Source: Amphiscolops sp. MND2022 (lineage: Eukaryota). Taken from it: a DNA stretch of 64,000 nt. Below, piece by piece: positions 58,483-64,000 of this stretch. The stretch is from contig OZ076409.1 of assembly GCA_964187785.1 (NCBI GenBank), forward strand, positions 30,816,001 through 30,880,000. The letters run 5' to 3'. Both the position numbers and the translations under genes were made by a program. The notes under the pieces are model-generated. The model made no database searches and was not told where the DNA came from. It was given only the letters and a program-made list of their open reading frames with translations. How positions within the stretch are numbered: the first letter of the stretch is position 1; each line of letters begins with the position of its first letter.

Positions 58483-58964
58483 ATTAGTCGGCGCTTTTAT
58501 TAATAAAAGAGCCCGACTAATACAGTCACTCGTCTTTTTTAAGACAGACTCGTAGCGACGAACGTTAAAATTAACGTTCAACTACTAGTTACAGTTCTAC
58601 TAAAATACTGGCAGCGCATTTAAGATAGTGCAAAGGGTCCCCATTTCAGTTAGTCCATTTTCATCGTAACCTACAAAACCGGCCGAGACTAAAGGGTCCC
58701 CCCTTTTGATTTTTTTTCGGCACTATCCGACTTTTTTTCGAAAATTTAATGTCCCAAAGGGTCCCCCCTTTGAGTTTTTTTTGATATTTTGCAACAGAAT
58801 GCATGTTTATAAATCAAAAGGGTCCCCCTTTTACATTTTTCGGCACTGTGCGACATTTCCCGAAAGATAAAAATTTTCAAAAATTTCAAGTTTTTTTCCA
58901 AAAAAATGTTTTGCGCTTTTTGAGCCTTAGATATAGCGCCGACTTTAGACGTTCTCGTCTTGTT
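58483..58964 (+). mobile_element. Helentron/HINE-like non-autonomous repeat copy
   Basis: 5' TTAGTCGGCGC; 3' GCGCCGACTTTAGACGTTCTCGTCTTGTT (subTIR, hairpin, TT). Confidence 0.6.
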
Positions 58965-59599
58965 CAAACTGCTATCACTTCGTTTCACCTACAAAATAGT
59001 GAAACTGTTAGTACTTATTCTTCCAAGCTTTTTGGTTTCTTCGCTAAAAGGAAGCACTTGCGAATATTTCCAAAATTATGGTTAGTTACGATTTTACTTT
59101 ACAATATTGCGGTTACAAATTACTGTTAAATCGTCGTTTTTTTTAGGAAAGAAGAATTTTATTGGATTTATATATTTTATCAACCCATATTCGCTGGGCA
59201 CTTTTGTTGTTAGTCGCAGTTATCGAAGCATAAATCCCATATTGCGCGTGGATATTCATCGAAGGCTTTTTCGTCAACATAACCCTGTAAGGGAGAGACT
59301 GTGCTCGGAGAATTGAATCGTGGTATGACTAATTTCATTTTTCTATGATAGTCGGCAGACGGAGTGAAAATTGGTTTCAATTGTTCTGACACAGTGACGG
59401 CCCACAGACAGACATTGCCTATCTTAGCCACTTCTGGAAAACATTTTATGTAAAGATCCGAGGTCCCACACCAGAAAATTATTTGAATCCTGAAACAGAT
59501 GGTACACATCTTTTTCGGAAAAGGGAATTGCTATTCCCTTTGAAAAATTGAATTTCTTATGGACCGCCTTGTTTCGAAATTGATTCTTCCAAAATTGTG

Positions 59600-60820
59600 T
59601 CGCGCACTTCACGCCAATTTTGAAGTCGATCGGAGCGGTCGGATTTGAGAAAATGACTTTTGTTAAAAAATGACTTCTTCCAAAAGTGAAAATTGAGTGA
59701 ATTATCTCAACATTCGTGTTCGTCAGCATCCAACGGACATCACAAAGTGATTCTGCACTGCATATTGTTAACTGCAAGAAAGTGATACTTCCACGGTTCC
59801 ATGTTGTTTGTTTCTTGAAAACTTTTCCTTTTTTCATTAAAAAAAGAAGGGAAGTGATTTTAAAAATATCCGTTTTCTGGTAAATTTCATGACTTGATAT
59901 TCACTCCCATTGTGAAGACTTGTAAAAGTTTCCAAAATTAACTTTTCGATTATGTTTATAAGACACCAAAACGTTTTTATTTCACAAAGTTTCCCTCACT
60001 ATGAGGAGGGTCTTGAACTTTTCGAAAAAAATGAAAATACTTTTGGACCCTTTTTTTTCAAAATAATTTTTTTTCACTATTGTCTCGCGCACGTACACGC
60101 CAATTTTGAACTCGATTGAAACCAGCCCCTTTTGAGAAAAATGACTTTTGTTAAAAATTGACCTTTTTTGAAAAAATGTATGTTAAGAAAATTATGTCAA
60201 CATTCGAGTTTGCCAGCGTCCAACGGACGTTACCACACGATTCTGCATACTCTTTATTTTAAGGAGGTGATATTTTCATTGTTCCATCCTTTTTGTTTCT
60301 TGGAAAAAGAATCAATGTTTTAATGAAAAAAAATGGCGAAAAGTGCTTGCCAAAATTTCCGTTTTTTCGTAAACTCCGTGACTATTGATATTCACTCCTA
60401 TTGCGGAGACTTGTATAATTTTCCAGCGTTGACTTCTTGAGTTTGTTCATCATACACCAAAACGTTTCTATTTCACATAGTTTTTTTTTACTATTAGGAA
60501 GGTCTTAGTTTTTTCCGAAATCGTCCAGCGCACGGCACGTTAATTTTGAACTCGACCGGACCAGCCGTTTTTGTGAAAAATGATATTCGTTAAAAATTGA
60601 CTTTTTTCGAAAATAGTAAAATGAGTCAATTGTCTCATGATTAGAGTTTGCCAGCGTCCAACGGACGTTACTAAACAATGTTGCATACTCTTCACTGCAA
60701 GGAGGTGACTTGTTCATAGTTTCATCTTTTTCATTTTTGAGAAATGTTCAGGTTTTTGATGAAAGAAGGGCAAAAGTGGTTTTAAAAAATGTCCAGTTTC
60801 TCGCAAACTACGCGACGTTT
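59600..60820 (+). repeat. Diverged tandem array of ~440-490-bp units (~3 copies)
   Basis: GCGCAC...AATTTTGAA.TCGA...GAAAA.TGA...GTTAAAAA.TGAC...CCAACGGAC recurs at ~59600, ~60086 and ~60527. Confidence 0.75.
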
Positions 60821-63800
60821 AATGTTTTGAAATTTGATTTGGTCAATGCTTGTAAAAGTTTTCTGATTATTGTCTCGTATGGTTTTTTAATGCCTGAAGG
60901 AGCTGCTTTCTTCGAAAGTTCTACTGTTCCAATTACGGTGTTAGTTGAATGTTTTGCTGGTTAGATGAGTGTTTCCTGTTACAATCTCTTGATGTGTTTC
61001 TTTTCTATTCGATGCGCTTTCTCCATCATTTGTGTCGTTGCTGGTTAGTAATTATCGTTTCGCGTGGTTTCTGACGTTGTGGTTTTTTTTCACTCAAGTG
61101 GGCATTTTCTTCATCCGGAGGTTACGGCAATGGGGACTCTTGATGTTTTTGCACATCCCATGATTCTCCCAAGATTCCATCTCTCTCCAGATTTGATTTT
61201 GTGTTATGCGTATCCTTGAGCAATGGTGTTTCCACAAAAGACACGTGATTTGCTCTGGATGATGAATTTCCTCGACGACTTTTTTTGCAGAATGGTACGT
61301 GCTGGTACCGATAACTTGGTGATTTTGTTGAATAGAATTTTGTGCAGCAATTTTTCTATTTTTGTTTCCCACTTGAACGCTGGAATGTTCTCTCGTTTTT
61401 CTTTTTAGGTCTTCCTTCCTCTGTTGCTCAATGATGACTATAGTGTTTCGAAATTGCGTTTCGTAAACAATAAATCTCTGAGACGTGACGAGTGTCAAGA
61501 CTAGCCATTGCTGCGAACGTTACTCAAATTTAGGGAAAATTTTCAACAAACAGAATCAAGTTTTCTATTTCGTCTTGTCTCTGATCGTTTATAGTAGTCT
61601 TGAAAGGTGCCACGTGGAAATCGCATTTGACTACCCTTGTGCATTAGGTTTTCATTTATGGCCTTTTTCGCATTTTGTTTTACATAAAAGATAAAAGGAA
61701 CCTTCGCTACAAAGAACAAATGCCGCCAACTTTGGTGCTGATTTGTCACTTGTTTTAGACTTGCATGTTTTTCCTCGGGGTGAACAATTACTACAGTGTG
61801 TGTTCACAAATTCATACAGACTAATCAAACGATACCACCAAAGAAACAACATTTTAACCAGACCACCCAAGAAGCACATTTTAAACAGACAGTGTCTTCT
61901 GATTTTACGATTCTATTTCTCACGCTCAAAATGTCCTTCTCTAACGACTTCACTCTGACAAATCGTTGGCTCTTTTGGTCACTTTTCCCATTTGTCAAGT
62001 AGACTCGTTCGAGCTATAATAGAAACCTATGACAGCACAGGAACCCTCGTGTATCTAAAGTTATTCAAAAAAGAAAGGACGACTACATATTCTTGCGCAG
62101 AAGTAAACCTGACAAAAGAAATGCTTGGAAAGTTGTTTTCGAGACTGATTTCGAATTTACAACCAAACCACCAGGTAACTCTGGAAATGGGCCAAACCCA
62201 GCTACGAAGGTGACGAAGTCTTGAGGTATCTTTATCAATTCGGGAGAGGAGTACAACGACGAAAATAAACAGAACATTGACCCCTAAAATATGGTGGAGG
62301 CCATGTTTTTGATGTCTCCTGATTATTTCAAACACTTCAGTAAAAATTTGCGATTTATCATGTTCAAGGAAAAGGCCAAAACGAGTTGATTTTCCTCTAA
62401 AACAGATTTTTTGTTCGGTTTACACCCACACGCAAATGAAGGTTTATGTAACATCCAAGCAGACAATCAATATCACGTTCTTGCTCAAAGTTCTGGAGAT
62501 AATCAACCCGATGGTCAACCTAAAAGGTATTAGTTACCGTACATACATACTAACTACTATTTTACGATTATCAAACAGTGAAGAGAAGGAAGTGTATATT
62601 GAAATATTTGAGCGTTTGGATCAAAGAGTTCAATAAAAAGGAGGTTTAGCCAATTCAAGCTGGAAACCTGAAAAATTTTGCTTCCAGTGTGTTTGTCAGT
62701 GCAAGAATTTGACAAGGCCGTACAAGTCAGTTCAGGAGTCAAACAACAATGCAGCGGTTGGAAAGTGTTACGCTCGAACCGTCTCGTGGACATCTTCTCC
62801 TCATTGCAGATTTGTGTCAATTTGGTGATGGTACTCTCAGTTTAGCCCATGTTCTAACTTTTCTTCGAATGAAAACAACTGAAAATTAAAAGTAACTCAC
62901 ATTGAATGTTTCTTTTTACAAAGCGCAGCAAGTCAGTTTCAATAACGAGAAAATGCTAGCAGTATGAACACAATAGAAAGCAAACAAGTTTGATTTTTGA
63001 TTTAGTAAGGTCATGCTAGAATCATCCGTCAAAACTTGTCGAATTGTCGATGTTGACAGCAAAAGTCTTTCAGCGTTTTTGGGCGTGCAACTTTGTTTTC
63101 ACTTGTCACATTACTACACACGACCTAGTGTCTACCGGACTTGTTTTAATGCTCCGAATTAACCACAATAAATCTTTTGGTCGGCAGTAGAATTGAAAAT
63201 TTATCTGCTGTTGAAAAACCGCTAAACCTAACTTTGAGACAATTAGAGTTTTGTAGACACTCAGAGCGGAAAGGCTTACCCTTTTCTTGTTGTTGGATTC
63301 TGAATACCGTTTTTGGATACTTTTCGATTCGAATCAATATAAAACGTTGAAGCTCTTTCTGTTATAAATAGTTGAAGATGAAAATGTCAGTGTTCCTCAC
63401 AAGCGACCCTGGAAACGTTAGTTCAAAAGAAACGGCAGCATTGGTGAGCATCGGGGTATAAAAATCATGCTAAGCTTGTTGAGTACTGGTCAGATCGAAA
63501 ACAATCGGAAAACGATTACTGAATCAATGAAAGTAATTCCATGTGCACCAGAGGCAAACGCATCAACTGTTGATAAGAATACACTTTTCTCATCATTTGT
63601 CGCCAATGATGTTCCTGCTACAGGTTATCTATTCGGATGCATGCTATCTCGTTCAACCTTTGTTTCTGATAATTGAAAATAATTGTAGGTTTTGAGCCGA
63701 GGAAAGCTTAGAAATTAATGCAAAACTTCGAATGAGTTTTTGATAAATACATCCTCTTTGCTCCATCTTCGGCTACCTGTTGGAATCAGAAACGATTTTG

Positions 63801-64000
63801 ATAAAACCTCACTATGCTGACACAATGCAGATGTTTTTTGACATAGTTTTTTTCCTATGGCAGTAACAACTGTGCAATTAGTTGATGTAGTTTTGTAGTT
63901 TTTGAAGCATCATCGTAAATCAAAACAAATTAGGGCTTGGATCTCACGAAGAGAATGCGCAAAGTAACTCCACTGAGCAATTGTTTGTCACATGGAAACA

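Noticed and set aside
60880..64000. Further AK9 exons or TE ORFs at the right end of the window
   Set aside because: No exon with convincing splice sites and AK9-like sequence found; short ORFs such as 61094-61498 have no recognisable motifs.

Overview
This is AT-rich, repeat-dense eukaryotic (probably invertebrate animal) DNA, not prokaryotic. Seven phase-compatible + strand exons of an adenylate kinase 9 (AK9)-like host gene are spread over 10577-57511. The main feature is a nearly intact 13.9-kb Maverick/Polinton (adintovirus-like endogenous virus) at 26993-40880, with ~250-bp TIRs starting AGTAGT and a 6-bp TSD (GTTGAT). It sits in an AK9 intron and is nested in the decayed polymerase gene of an older Maverick. 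It encodes a PLA2-like protein, a membrane protein, a packaging ATPase, an integrase, minor and major capsid proteins, a basic core-like protein, an adenain-type protease and a protein-primed DNA polymerase B. Three traits are unusual: the integrase has an N-terminal PHD finger and no C-terminal chromodomain; the polymerase gene appears split by three short GT-AG introns that add an acidic Ser-rich tail; and a long hairpin lies just upstream of the polymerase start. The window also holds a decayed tyrosine-recombinase (Crypton-like) gene, a decayed LINE with 2A-like and twin-PHD N-terminus and a possible HDV-like ribozyme, a decayed CR1/L2-type LINE, solo LTRs with long ORFs running off the LTR end, Helentron-like non-autonomous repeats, several MITEs, and a TIR element carrying a signal-peptide/EGF-like remnant. 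All calls come from reading motifs by eye; no database search was run.
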